Source: Klebsiella pneumoniae (lineage in GTDB: Bacteria > Pseudomonadota > Gammaproteobacteria > Ga0077536). Taken from it: a stretch of 64,000 nucleotides of DNA. Location: NCBI GenBank assembly GCA_945876945.1, contig CAMCQE010000005.1, positions 922-64,921 on the forward strand, read 5' to 3'. Position numbers and translations under genes: made by a program. The notes under the pieces were generated by a model. That model saw only the letters and a program-made list of their open reading frames with translations. It searched no databases and had not been told where the DNA came from. Position 1 is the stretch's first letter. Every line of letters begins with the position of its first letter. Of the stretch, positions 1 through 9,422 are shown piece by piece.

Positions 1-269
1 CGGTGCGCGTGGTGTCGATGCCGAGCACCGACGCCTTCCTCCGCCAGGACGCCGCCTATCGCGAGTCCGTCCTGCCCACCGCCATCCGCCACCGCGTGGC
101 GCTGGAAGCCGGCATCGCCGACTACTGGTATCGCTTCGTGGGGCTCGACGGTCTGGTCATCGGCATGGAGAGTTTTGGCGCCTCGGCCCCGGCGGGTGCG
201 CTGTTCAAGCATTTTGGCTTCGGCAAAGACGCGGTATTGGCGCAAATTGGCGCCTACCTCAAGAATTAG
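1..269 (+). CDS. tkt: transketolase, C-terminal fragment (5' end outside window)
   Basis: The frame is open to the window edge (track ORF 3..269). It has a transketolase C-terminal sequence ...[20 protein letters not shown]... and is followed by gap-pgk. Confidence 0.85.
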   Translation, partial: VRVVSMPSTDAFLRQDAAYRESVLPTAIRHRVALEAGIADYWYRFVGLDGLVIGMESFGASAPAGALFKHFGFGKDAVLAQIGAYLKN

Positions 270-328
270 CGCCTTCGGCACGCGCACTATCGGATAAACG
301 ACACAAGACAACGCAGGAGACAGTCCCC

Positions 329-1345
329 ATGAGCATTCGAGTTGGCATTAACGGTTATGGTCGTATCGGTCGCAACGTACTGCGCGCGCTGTATGAGTCC
401 GGGCGCACCGGCGAAATCCAGATCGTGGCCATTAACGACCTCGGCGACACCCAGACCAATGCCCACCTCACCCGCTACGACACCGCGCACGGCAAATTCC
501 CTGGCAAAGTGGAAGTGGACGGCGAGTACATGGTGGTCAACGGCGACAAGATCCGCGTGCTGGCCGAGCGCGATCCGGCCAAGCTGCCCTGGGGCGAGTT
601 GAAGGTCGACGTGGTGTTTGAATGCACGGGCCTGTTCACCACCCGCGAGAAAGCCAGCCTGCACTTAAAGGGCGGCGCCAAGAAGGTGATTATCTCCGCG
701 CCGGCCAGCGACACCGTCGACGCCACCATCGTGTACGGCGTGAATCACAAGTCGCTGAAGGCCTCCGACGAAATCATCTCCAACGCGTCCTGCACCACCA
801 ACTGCCTCGCGCCGCTGGTCAAGCCGCTGCACGAGAAAATTGGCGTGGAATCGGGCCTCATGACCACCATCCACTCCTACACCAACGATCAGGTGCTGAC
901 GGACGTCTATCACAAGGATCTGCGCCGGGCGCGCTCCGCCACGATGTCGATGATCCCGACCAAGACCGGCGCCGCCGCCGCGGTGGGTCTGGTGTTGCCG
1001 GATTTGAACGGCAAGCTCGACGGCCTCGCGGTGCGCGTGCCCACCATCAACGTCTCGATGGTGGATTTGACCTTCCGCGCCTCGCGCCCCACGGACAAGA
1101 AAGAAATCACCGCGATTCTGAAAGAAGCCGCCGCCGGCGAACTCAAAGGCGTGCTGGAAATTAACGAAGAGCCGCTGGTGTCGATCGACTTCAACCACAA
1201 CCCGGCGTCTTCCATCGTTGAACTCTCCGAAACCAAGGTCATCGACGGCACGCTGGTGAAAGTCATGTCCTGGTACGACAACGAGTGGGGTTTCTCCAAC
1301 CGCATGCTGGACACCTCGCTGGCGCTGATGAAGGCGAGTGCCTGA
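329..1345 (+). CDS. gap: glyceraldehyde-3-phosphate dehydrogenase
   Basis: 338-aa ORF with the NAD-binding motif INGYGRIGR and the catalytic-Cys motif [12 protein letters not shown]. The C-terminus has [11 protein letters not shown]. Confidence 0.95.
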   Translation: MSIRVGINGYGRIGRNVLRALYESGRTGEIQIVAINDLGDTQTNAHLTRYDTAHGKFPGKVEVDGEYMVVNGDKIRVLAERDPAKLPWGELKVDVVFECTGLFTTREKASLHLKGGAKKVIISAPASDTVDATIVYGVNHKSLKASDEIISNASCTTNCLAPLVKPLHEKIGVESGLMTTIHSYTNDQVLTDVYHKDLRRARSATMSMIPTKTGAAAAVGLVLPDLNGKLDGLAVRVPTINVSMVDLTFRASRPTDKKEITAILKEAAAGELKGVLEINEEPLVSIDFNHNPASSIVELSETKVIDGTLVKVMSWYDNEWGFSNRMLDTSLALMKASA

Positions 1346-1346
1346 C

Positions 1347-2519
1347 ATGCGCGCGATGGGAGAGCTCGACCTCGCCGGCAAGCGGGTGCTGATTCGCGAG
1401 GACTTCAACGTTCCGCTGAAAAACGGTCGCATTACCGATGACACTCGCCTGCGCGCCGGGCTGCCGACGCTGCAAGCGGCGGTCAAGGCCGGTGCCCGCG
1501 TGATCGTGCTCTCGCATCTTGGCCGGCCGAAAGAAGGCGTGTTCGATGAGGCCTCGTCGCTTGCCCCGGTCGCCGAAGCCCTCGGCGCCCTGCTCGGCCA
1601 GCCGGTACGGCTCATCGCCAACTGGCTGGAGGGCGTGGACTGCGCCCCCGGCGAAGTCGTGCTGTGCGAAAACGTGCGCTTTCAGGTAGGGGAAGAAAAA
1701 GACGACGAGGCGCTGGCCCGCAAGATGGCGGCTCTGTGCGATGTGTTTGTGAACGACGCCTTCGCCACCGCGCATCGGGCGCAGGCGTCCACCCACGGCG
1801 TGGCGAAGTTTGCCCCGGTGGCCTGCGCCGGCCCGCTGATGAAGGCCGAAATCGACGCGCTGAAACTCGCGCTCCACGCGCCAAAGCGGCCGCTGGTGGC
1901 GATCGTCGGCGGCTCCAAAGTCTCGACCAAACTCGAGGTGCTGGAGGCCCTGCTCGGCAAGGTCGACCAGCTCATCGTGGGCGGCGGCATTGCCAACACC
2001 TTCCTCCGCGCGACCGGCGCGGAAATCGGCAAGTCGCTGTGCGAGAACGACATGCTCGACACCGCCCGCCGCATCATGGACACGGCCAAGGCGCGCGGCG
2101 CGGAAGTGCCGTTGCTGCTGGACGTGGTGTTCGGCAAGGAGTTTGCGGAGACTGCCGTGGCGACCACCAAAGCGGTCGCCGAGATCGCGGCCGACGACAT
2201 GATTCTCGACATCGGGCCGGCGACCGCCGCGCGCTTCGCGGAGATTCTGAAATCTGCCGGCACCATCGTGTGGAACGGGCCTTTGGGCGTGTTTGAGTTT
2301 GAGCAATTTGCCGGCGGCACCAAGGCGCTGGCCGAGGCGATTGCCGAGTCGACCGCGTTCTCGATCGCCGGCGGCGGCGACACGCTGGCGGCGATCGCCA
2401 AGTTCGGGATTGCGGACGAGGTGTCCTACATTTCCACCGCCGGTGGCGCCTTCCTCGAATACCTCGAAGGCAAAACGCTACCGGCAGTGGCGATTCTGGA
2501 AGCCCGCGCCGCGAGCTAG
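1347..2519 (+). CDS. pgk: phosphoglycerate kinase
   Basis: Contains [13 protein letters not shown] and a C-terminal [20 protein letters not shown]. The track starts at GTG 1338, overlapping the gap stop. I prefer ATG 1347 (MRAMGELDL...), but the start is uncertain by a few codons. Confidence 0.93.
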   Translation: MRAMGELDLAGKRVLIREDFNVPLKNGRITDDTRLRAGLPTLQAAVKAGARVIVLSHLGRPKEGVFDEASSLAPVAEALGALLGQPVRLIANWLEGVDCAPGEVVLCENVRFQVGEEKDDEALARKMAALCDVFVNDAFATAHRAQASTHGVAKFAPVACAGPLMKAEIDALKLALHAPKRPLVAIVGGSKVSTKLEVLEALLGKVDQLIVGGGIANTFLRATGAEIGKSLCENDMLDTARRIMDTAKARGAEVPLLLDVVFGKEFAETAVATTKAVAEIAADDMILDIGPATAARFAEILKSAGTIVWNGPLGVFEFEQFAGGTKALAEAIAESTAFSIAGGGDTLAAIAKFGIADEVSYISTAGGAFLEYLEGKTLPAVAILEARAAS

Positions 2520-2582
2520 ACCAACGCGCCGCGAGCTAAGACGAGAAGCGCCGCGAGCTAAGACGAGAAGCGCCGCGAGCTA
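2507..2582. repeat. short tandem repeat duplicating the 3' end of pgk (12-mer CGCCGCGAGCTA x4; two full 22-bp units CGCCGCGAGCTAAGACGAGAAG)
   Basis: Read directly from the sequence. Copies start at 2507 (includes the pgk TAG), 2527, 2549 and 2571. The period is 22 bp for the last three copies. Confidence 0.85.
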
Positions 2583-2611
2583 GAACAGCCGCGCGGCGCT
2601 GAGTCGCTCGC

Positions 2612-3511
2612 TCAGGCCTTGAACTTCGAGGCTTCGAAAATGCTCTGGATGGACGCGTTCATGGTCGCGTCGAATTCTCCATCCGACTGCTGGGCCGAGA
2701 GGCCTTCGCTCAACGCGCGCGAGAAACTTGCCACCATCGCGGTCTGGCGGGCCAGACGCGCGTTTGATTCCTCACGCGGATAACCACCCGACAGCGCCAC
2801 CACTTTCAGCACGTTGCGGTGCTTGATGCAGTCGAGATAGAGATTGTCTTCTTCGGGCAGGGTGAGTTTGAGAATCACCAGCTCATTGGCCGGGAGCTTA
2901 TCGAGCCCTGCCAGCAGCGCGGCTTTGAGCAGTTTCTCGGCCGCGGCCTTGTCCGGGCAGTGGATGTCGACTTCGGGCTCGACGATGGGCACCAGGCCCT
3001 TGGCGATAATCTGGCGGGCCACTTCAAACTGCTGGTCCACCACCGCCTGAATGCCGGCGGCGTTGGCCTGCTGAATCACCGAGCGCATCTTGGTGCCGAA
3101 AATGCCTTTGGCCTTGGCTTTGTCGAGCAGGGCGTCGAGGCCGGGATTGGGCTTCATCAGCTGCACGCCGTTGGCCTCGTCCGCCAGACCCTTGTCGATT
3201 TTCAGCATCGGCGCCACGCGCTTCACGTTCCAGAGATAGTCCGCCGTTGAGCGACCTTCAATCTCGCGGTCCATGGTGTTCTCGAACAGGATGGCGGCCA
3301 GAATGCGGTCGCCGTTGAAAGCCGGGGTGGTGATGATGCGGGTGCGCATGGCGTGGACCATGCGGTACATCTCTTCTTCGCCGGAGTAGGCGCTTTCCGG
3401 CACGCCGTACAGACGCAGCGCCTTGGGCGTGCTGCCGCCGCTCTGGTCGAGCGCAGCGATGAAACCATCTTGGGTGCGGAATTTCTGAATCTGTTGCTCG
3501 AATTGGGTCAC
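2612..3511 (-). CDS. fba: fructose-bisphosphate aldolase, class I (bacterial type)
   Basis: Has the motif IAALDQSGGSTPKAL and overall class I FBA-like sequence. I trimmed the track ORF (to 3676) to the GTG at 3511 (VTQFEQQIQKF...), because the upstream 55 codons are Arg/Pro-rich non-coding-like sequence. Confidence 0.8.
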   Translation of the reverse strand: MTQFEQQIQKFRTQDGFIAALDQSGGSTPKALRLYGVPESAYSGEEEMYRMVHAMRTRIITTPAFNGDRILAAILFENTMDREIEGRSTADYLWNVKRVAPMLKIDKGLADEANGVQLMKPNPGLDALLDKAKAKGIFGTKMRSVIQQANAAGIQAVVDQQFEVARQIIAKGLVPIVEPEVDIHCPDKAAAEKLLKAALLAGLDKLPANELVILKLTLPEEDNLYLDCIKHRNVLKVVALSGGYPREESNARLARQTAMVASFSRALSEGLSAQQSDGEFDATMNASIQSIFEASKFKA

Positions 3512-3726
3512 GGCTAGCCTCGATGGAGTGGGAGTTGCCGGGATTTTAAGGGCGCGGGTGCAGGGCCGCCAGCGCGAGAAGCGCGGAAACTGCGTTGACG
3601 CAGCATTGACGGCTTTGGGTTGGCTTGCCACTGCGCGCCGGGGAGACGATCCTGTGGCGTCTCGCGCGGCGCGCAAGCCTTACCGGCCGCCTCACTCATT
3701 CCAACAATCTTGCAGGGAGAATCTTC

Positions 3727-4914
3727 ATGTCTCAGGTCGTCATCGTCGACAACATCCGCACCGGACTCGCCAAGGCGCATCGCGGCACCTTCAACCTCAC
3801 CCGCGCGGACGAAATGGTGGCCCATTGCATCGATGCGCTGCTGGCCCGCAATCCGGCGATTGATCCGGCGGAAGTAGACGACGTGGTGGTGGGCGTGGCG
3901 CGTCAGGTGGGCGAGCAAACCGGCAATATGGCCCGCCACGGCGTGGCGCTCTCGAAGTTGCCGCTGAGCGTTGCGGCCGCGACCATCAGCCGCGCCTGCT
4001 CCTCGGGTCTGAACGCCATTTCCATCGCCGCCACCCAGATTGCCAGCGGCTGCGCCGAGATCGCGATCGCCGGCGGCGTGGAATCCATCACGGGTCTGGA
4101 GCGCGGCACCCCGGCCAAATTCTCCGACCAGCCCTGGCTGATGGAACACCTGCCGTCTATTTACATGCCGATGGGCAACACCGCCGAGGTCGTCGCCCGT
4201 CGCTACAAGGTCACCCGCGAGATGCAGGACGAATACTCCGTCCAGAGCCAGCAGCGCTACGCGGCGGCCGTGCAGGCCGGCTACGTGGCGGATGAAATCG
4301 CGCCGATGGCCGTGAAATGGAAGAAGGTCATCAGCAAAGACACCGGCGAGAGCGTGGTGGTCGACGGCGTCGTCGACCGCGACGAATGCAACCGCCCCGA
4401 CACCGTCATCCAGAGCCTGGCCTCGCTGCCGCCGGCCTTTGAAGAAGGTGGCTCGGTCACGGCGGGGAACTCCTCGCAGCTTTCAGACGGCGCGTCGATG
4501 ACGCTGCTGATGTCGGAAAAACGCGCCCAGCAGCTGGGCCTGACCCCGCTGGCGTATTTCCGGGGCTTCGCCGTCGCCGGCTGCGATCCGGATGAAATGG
4601 GCATCGGCCCGGTGTTCGCGATCCCGAAGCTGCTGAAGTTCAAGGGCCTGTCGCTGTCCGACATCGACCTCATCGAACTCAACGAAGCCTTCGCCTCGCA
4701 GTGTCTGTACTGCCGCGATGCGCTCGGCATCGACAACGAGATCTACAACGTGAACGGCGGCTCGATTGCCATTGGCCACCCCTTCGGCATGACCGGCTCG
4801 CGCCTGACCGGCGTGGTGCTGCGTGAACTGCAGCGCCGTAAGAAGAAGCTCGGCATCGTGTCGATGTGCATCGGCAAAGGCATGGGCGCGGCCGGCTTGT
4901 TCGAAGCCTGCTAA
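3727..4914 (+). CDS. acetyl-CoA C-acyltransferase / thiolase
   Basis: Active-site Cys context ISRACSSGLNAI and C-terminal NVNGGSIAIGHPFGMTG ... MCIGKGMGAA. The ATG at 3727 is preceded by GGGAGA, and the track's N-terminal extension was dropped. Confidence 0.9.
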   Translation: MSQVVIVDNIRTGLAKAHRGTFNLTRADEMVAHCIDALLARNPAIDPAEVDDVVVGVARQVGEQTGNMARHGVALSKLPLSVAAATISRACSSGLNAISIAATQIASGCAEIAIAGGVESITGLERGTPAKFSDQPWLMEHLPSIYMPMGNTAEVVARRYKVTREMQDEYSVQSQQRYAAAVQAGYVADEIAPMAVKWKKVISKDTGESVVVDGVVDRDECNRPDTVIQSLASLPPAFEEGGSVTAGNSSQLSDGASMTLLMSEKRAQQLGLTPLAYFRGFAVAGCDPDEMGIGPVFAIPKLLKFKGLSLSDIDLIELNEAFASQCLYCRDALGIDNEIYNVNGGSIAIGHPFGMTGSRLTGVVLRELQRRKKKLGIVSMCIGKGMGAAGLFEAC

Positions 4915-4920
4915 GTCGCC

Positions 4921-5730
4921 ATGAGCCGCTACGACGCTTACCGCAATGTGCCTACCTTAAGCGTCGATGAGCTGCGACACTTTCGCGCGCGCGGCTACGT
5001 GGTGCCCGCGTGGCGCTTGCCGACCGCGCAGTTGCTCCAGATACAGGACACTCTGGAGCGGCTGCTGTCCTTGCATGCCTATGAGCAGCCGGCGTTTATC
5101 CGGCAGCCCCATGTGCCCGGGCAGATTGACGATCAAATCGATCTGGCCCGGGAATTCTTCGACTATCTGAGTCATCGCAACCTCTGCGAACTCGTCGCCC
5201 CGCTGCTGGGGCCAGACCTCATGCTGGCCGGCGGGACACTGCAATGTGGATGGCCGTCGCAGGAATCGACCACGCCCTGGTATCAGCCCGGCGCCTGCTG
5301 GCCGGTGGACGCCGACCTCCTCACCTGCGGTATCGCGCTGGATGATCTGGAGCCGCCCGTCGCCGGCCTGCGCGTGCGCACGGGGTCTAACGTGCTTGGG
5401 CCCCTCCCGCATCAAGACGAGGCCAGCGATTGGCCGCCGCAGACGCTGAGCAATCCAGCACCCCGGGTTGAGGCCTTTAGTTGCGCAGAACTTGCGCTGG
5501 AAGCGGGTCAGGTCGCGCTGCTGCAGGGCAATCTGGTTCAGCAATCATTCGCCACGGGCGCGGCCGAGCGGAGCGCCCTGCTGTTGGTGCACTACTTCCC
5601 AACCCGGCAACGCTTCGATCGATCGCGGACCCTCGGCGCCGCAGCCTACGCCGACCACCCGCTGTGGCTGGTAGCGGGACACGCCGCCGAGGGGCAACAC
5701 GATTTTGATCTCGGCCATACCCTCTGGTGA
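4921..5730 (+). CDS. PhyH-like (2OG/Fe(II) oxygenase fold) protein lacking the metal-binding triad; hypothetical
   Basis: 269-aa ORF. The segment TTPWYQPGACWPV...CGIALDDLEPPVAGLRVRTGSN...LLQGNLVQQS follows the PhyH pattern pWHQD..yW...iALdd...nG.l.v.pGSH...H.S, but with H->Y, D->P and H->Q. Confidence 0.5.
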   Translation: MSRYDAYRNVPTLSVDELRHFRARGYVVPAWRLPTAQLLQIQDTLERLLSLHAYEQPAFIRQPHVPGQIDDQIDLAREFFDYLSHRNLCELVAPLLGPDLMLAGGTLQCGWPSQESTTPWYQPGACWPVDADLLTCGIALDDLEPPVAGLRVRTGSNVLGPLPHQDEASDWPPQTLSNPAPRVEAFSCAELALEAGQVALLQGNLVQQSFATGAAERSALLLVHYFPTRQRFDRSRTLGAAAYADHPLWLVAGHAAEGQHDFDLGHTLW

Positions 5731-5734
5731 TCCC

Positions 5735-6058
5735 ATGCTTATTCGCTTTCGCAGTCCCGCTTCCCACGACTTACTGATGTTTGGCGCAGTGGCAGAAACA
5801 CTGCTCGGCCTGATGGGCGTCTCGGGCCGGATCCCCAGTGCCCTGCAGGCCGAAGATCTGCCCGCCGCCCGCGACCGTCTGCGCGCCGGACTTGATGCCG
5901 CTGCCGCGCTTGCGCAAGCCCCGCGCAAGGCAGACGATGAAGACGACACCGCGCGCGAACCCGAAGTCTCCCTGCGCCAACGCGCGTTGCCTTTGCTGGA
6001 GATGCTTGAGAAAGCCGCCAGCAAACAGGAATGGGTGATGTGGGAGGCCGCCAACTAG
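5735..6058 (+). CDS. DUF1840 domain-containing protein
   Basis: The N-terminus MLIRFRSPASHDLLMFGAVAETLLGLMG resembles the DUF1840 family N-terminus as I remember it. The start was moved to ATG 5735. Confidence 0.6.
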   Translation: MLIRFRSPASHDLLMFGAVAETLLGLMGVSGRIPSALQAEDLPAARDRLRAGLDAAAALAQAPRKADDEDDTAREPEVSLRQRALPLLEMLEKAASKQEWVMWEAAN

Positions 6059-6071
6059 CAGGAGATCAGGG

Positions 6072-6257
6072 ATGGGTGACGTCGTTGAATTCCGACCGCG
6101 CAAACCGGGCGAACGCGCCAAAGCCAAAACGCTGTGCCGCGAAGGCTTTCACAAATGGGAAATCTGGCAGCGGAAACCTTTCGACGTGAAGTCGGGCAAG
6201 CTGGTGACCGTCCTCAAATGCCAGCGTTGCGGCGAAACCAAAACCGAAACCCGTTAA
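6072..6257 (+). CDS. small hypothetical protein with a possible zinc-ribbon (C-x4-H ... C-x2-C)
   Basis: 61-aa ORF with good codon bias. It contains LCREGFHKW ... KCQRCGE. I do not recognise a family. Confidence 0.45.
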   Translation: MGDVVEFRPRKPGERAKAKTLCREGFHKWEIWQRKPFDVKSGKLVTVLKCQRCGETKTETR

Positions 6258-7450
6258 GCGCGATACCGCGCGATCTCGAAGCTGATAAGCGCCAGCGCCC
6301 CCGCCGCCGCCAGACCCAGCATCGCGTGGGCGTGACTGACGCCAGCGCTGAGGGTCAGCGCGAACAGCAGCGGCGCGATGGCTTTGGCCACGAATGAGGG
6401 CAAGGCCAGCGTCCCCAACAGCGCGCCGTAGTGCTCCCGTCCGAACAATTCCGCCGGCACCGTGCCGCGCACGATGGTCAAAATGCCGTTGCTCGCGCCG
6501 TAGAGCAGCGCAAAGGTGAAGGCCAGCCAGCGTTGGCCGTCGATCAGGGACAGCGTTAGCAAGGCGACCGCCATCAAACCGAAGGCCACGCGACCCACCG
6601 TCACCGCCCGTGAATGTGGCGCGAGCCCAAACTCGACCATTCGCGCCAACACCTGCATGGGGCCAAACGCGGCCCCGACCGCGACCGCATCCGCGACGCT
6701 GAGGTGCGCCTCACCGAGCAACTCAATGAGATGTGCCGAGAGCACCGAAAAGGCAAAGCTGACCAAGGCGAAGGCCGCCGCCAGCGCCACAAAGCGCCGG
6801 GATGAGCGGGGTGTCGGCGGAGGGGCTGCCGTCGCGCTGACCGGCAGGGGAACGACCTTCAAGACGGGCACCGCCCAACGATACAAGGGCAAACAAAAGC
6901 CCCATTGCAGCAAGGCATAAATCCAGCAGGCCGTACGCCAGTCGGCGTAGGTCACCAAGCAGTGCGTGAGCGGCCAGAACACCGTGCTGGCAAAGCCGCC
7001 AAAGAGCGTGAGTCCGGTGACCGCACGACGATAGCCAGCGCCGGGCGCAAGCCGGTTAAGCACCGCCAAAACAGCGTCGTAAAGCCCGCAGCCCATGGCA
7101 AGGCCGGCGAGTAACCAGGCGCAGAAATAGGCGGCAACGCTTTCCGCCGCGCCGAGCACCGCAAACGCGAGACCGCCCAGCAGCGCCGCCAGCATGAGCG
7201 TTGAGCGTCCGCCATCCCGGTCGATGCGTCGCCCGACCCACGGCGAGATAAAGCCCGACGCCAACAGCGCCACCGAAAAGCCGCCGTAGATCACCGTCGG
7301 CGAGAGTTGGAGGGACGCGCCCATCGGCGCGGCCAGCACCGCAATCGCGTAGTACAAAGTCCCCCACGCCGTGATTTGCGCGAGGCCCAGCGCGGCAATG
7401 CGATAACGCAAACCGGGCACGGCAAGCTCGGACACGGCGGTGGGGTTCAT
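6254..7450 (-). CDS. MFS transporter
   Basis: About 400 aa of hydrophobic protein with roughly 12 predicted TM helices and the MFS loop motif [10 protein letters not shown]. The start is either ATG 7450 (MNPTAV...) or 7489. Confidence 0.8.
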   Translation of the reverse strand: MNPTAVSELAVPGLRYRIAALGLAQITAWGTLYYAIAVLAAPMGASLQLSPTVIYGGFSVALLASGFISPWVGRRIDRDGGRSTLMLAALLGGLAFAVLGAAESVAAYFCAWLLAGLAMGCGLYDAVLAVLNRLAPGAGYRRAVTGLTLFGGFASTVFWPLTHCLVTYADWRTACWIYALLQWGFCLPLYRWAVPVLKVVPLPVSATAAPPPTPRSSRRFVALAAAFALVSFAFSVLSAHLIELLGEAHLSVADAVAVGAAFGPMQVLARMVEFGLAPHSRAVTVGRVAFGLMAVALLTLSLIDGQRWLAFTFALLYGASNGILTIVRGTVPAELFGREHYGALLGTLALPSFVAKAIAPLLFALTLSAGVSHAHAMLGLAAAGALALISFEIARYRA

Positions 7451-7555
7451 CGGGCCATTGTAGGGACGCGACCCGGTGGCGCCCAGCAAACAACTTCCCG
7501 CCGCAGGACATTCGCCCTAGGCTCTGCTTTCTCATCCGCCCACAGAGGATCCCGC

Positions 7556-8293
7556 ATGCCGCAAACCCTTCTCGTCACGGGCGCCAGTGCCGGCATCGGC
7601 CGCGCGACCGCCGAACGTTTTCTCCGCGCGGGCTGGAACGTTGCTCTGTTAGCCAGACGCCGGGAGGCGCTGGAAGAAACGCAAGAACAGTGGCCCAACG
7701 CACTGGCGCTGCCGACCGACGTCACCGATGAGCCCGCCGTTGCCCGCGCGTTTGCCGCCACCGCCGAGGCCTTCGGCCGGATCGACGTGTTGTTCAACAA
7801 TGCCGGCCGTTTCGGGCCCTCCGGCTTGATTGACGAGATCACGCTTGAGGCCTGGCAGGAGACGCTGTCGGTGAATCTCACCGGCATGTTTCTCTGCGCC
7901 CGCGCCGCATTTCGCCAAATGCGCACGCAGTCGCCGCAGGGCGGACGGATCATCAATAACGGATCGATTTCGGCCCAGGCGCCGCGCCCCGGCTCGGTGG
8001 CCTATACCAGCACCAAGCACGCCATCACCGGCCTGACCAAAACGCTGGCGCTGGATGGCAGGCCCTTTGAGATTGCCTGCGGTCAGATCGACATCGGCAA
8101 TGCGGTGACCGAAATGACGGCCGCGATGGCCAGCGGGGTGCGTCAGGCCGATGGCAGCCTGCAAGCGGAAGACCGCATGGACGTGAGCCACGTCGCCGAG
8201 GCGGTGTTCCACATGGCCTCGCTGCCGCTCGGCGCCAATGTGCTGTTTACGACGATCATGGCCAGCAAAATGCCGCTGGTGGGCCGCGGCTGA
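7556..8293 (+). CDS. SDR family oxidoreductase
   Basis: Has [10 protein letters not shown] (Rossmann motif), NNAG, and YTSTKHA (YxxxK). The ATG at 7556 is preceded by AGAGGA, and the 83-codon track extension was dropped. Confidence 0.9.
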   Translation: MPQTLLVTGASAGIGRATAERFLRAGWNVALLARRREALEETQEQWPNALALPTDVTDEPAVARAFAATAEAFGRIDVLFNNAGRFGPSGLIDEITLEAWQETLSVNLTGMFLCARAAFRQMRTQSPQGGRIINNGSISAQAPRPGSVAYTSTKHAITGLTKTLALDGRPFEIACGQIDIGNAVTEMTAAMASGVRQADGSLQAEDRMDVSHVAEAVFHMASLPLGANVLFTTIMASKMPLVGRG

Positions 8294-8303
8294 TCGCTTG
8301 GGT

Positions 8304-8867
8304 TCAGGTATTGGCGAAAGACGTGTCGAGGTCGTCGTCAAGCTGCACGCCAAAAGTATTGAGCACCATCGACACCAGATTGTATTGACCGATCGCGAAC
8401 ACCAAATCCATCAGCTGCTGGGTGGTGTAGTGCGCGGCCAAGCCGGCAAAGGTGGGGTCGGTAATGAAGGCGTCCTTGTGTAATTCGTCGACTGCCTTCA
8501 GGAGCAGGACGTCGCGCGCCTCCCAGCCGCGAGCGGTGTGCCCAATCTTGATCCGATGAATTTCATCGTCGGTCAGACCGCACTGTTTGCCGATACGCAC
8601 GTGCTGCGCCCACTCGTACTCCGCCTCACACAGCCAGCCAATGCGCAGAATCACCAGTTCGCGTTCACGCGCCGGGAGCGTGGATTTGAACAACACGTGA
8701 TTGCCGAACACCAGCCAGCGCTTCATCAAATCAGGATGGTGCGCGAGCGTCTTGAAGATATTGGGCATTTCGCCCGTGCCGATTCTGATGTCGCGGAGCG
8801 CGTTGCGCGTGGTGTCGTCCCAGGTGGACTGGTCACGCGGCAGCACGCGCGGCTTGTCGAGTTTCAT
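8304..8867 (-). CDS. carboxymuconolactone decarboxylase (AhpD-like) family protein
   Basis: The CMD-family core is RERELVILRIGWLCEAEYEWAQHVRIG. The ATG at 8867 has GGAGG upstream. Confidence 0.75.
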   Translation of the reverse strand: MKLDKPRVLPRDQSTWDDTTRNALRDIRIGTGEMPNIFKTLAHHPDLMKRWLVFGNHVLFKSTLPARERELVILRIGWLCEAEYEWAQHVRIGKQCGLTDDEIHRIKIGHTARGWEARDVLLLKAVDELHKDAFITDPTFAGLAAHYTTQQLMDLVFAIGQYNLVSMVLNTFGVQLDDDLDTSFANT

Positions 8868-8907
8868 GCGAGAACCTCCGGAGCGAAATGACGAGCGGAA
8901 ATAGCGC

Positions 8908-9405
8908 CTATTGCGCGTGCTCGAACGCCATGCGAATGGCCTCGATGCGCCGACGATTGGTGCCGAAATCTTCAGCGCCAAGGCGCGAGGCCGAGCGCAC
9001 ATGAATGAGCCCTTCGGCCGGACTCACCACGAACTCGACATCGTCCTCGAAGCGCAGCCAGCGGGTGGTGAAGGTGGCGTAAAGATAGTCGGGCGTTGCC
9101 GTGCGCAAGGCGGCGCCGGTCATCCCGCCGACTACGCCGGCGAGGCGGGTGATGGCTGCAGCCGCGTCGCCCGTGTAGCGCAGAGGCGCAATCTCCGCAT
9201 ACGCCCGCTGCCGCGCATCGGGATAACGGCTCGCCTGACTGGTCACGCTGTTGCGGGTTGTGGAAGGCGCTTTCAACAAGCCGTCGCGGGCGCCGAGATC
9301 GGCCGGCGGCGAGCCGCGCAAGAAGCCCAACTGTCCGACCATCACCACGGCGACGACGACGAACACCGGCGCCAGCACACTTGCCCACATGCTCATGCGT
9401 TTCAT
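8908..9405 (-). CDS. DUF1499 domain-containing protein (N-terminal signal/anchor)
   Basis: Hydrophobic N-terminus. The C-terminal half, RWLRFEDDVEFVV...IHVRSASRLGAEDFGTNRRRIE, is typical of DUF1499. Confidence 0.7.
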   Translation of the reverse strand: MKRMSMWASVLAPVFVVVAVVMVGQLGFLRGSPPADLGARDGLLKAPSTTRNSVTSQASRYPDARQRAYAEIAPLRYTGDAAAAITRLAGVVGGMTGAALRTATPDYLYATFTTRWLRFEDDVEFVVSPAEGLIHVRSASRLGAEDFGTNRRRIEAIRMAFEHAQ

Positions 9406-9422
9406 CTCCTTGCAGACATCCT

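Noticed and set aside
2612-3676. Long N-terminal extensions in track ORFs (also 3625, 7307, 9002, 10761, 20162, 24715, 26232, 37781, 39865, 44778, 46209, 59075)
   Set aside because: The extensions are Arg/Pro/Ser-rich, lack family similarity, and often overlap the neighbouring gene. Internal ATG/GTG codons with Shine-Dalgarno sequences or ATGA coupling give proteins of canonical length.
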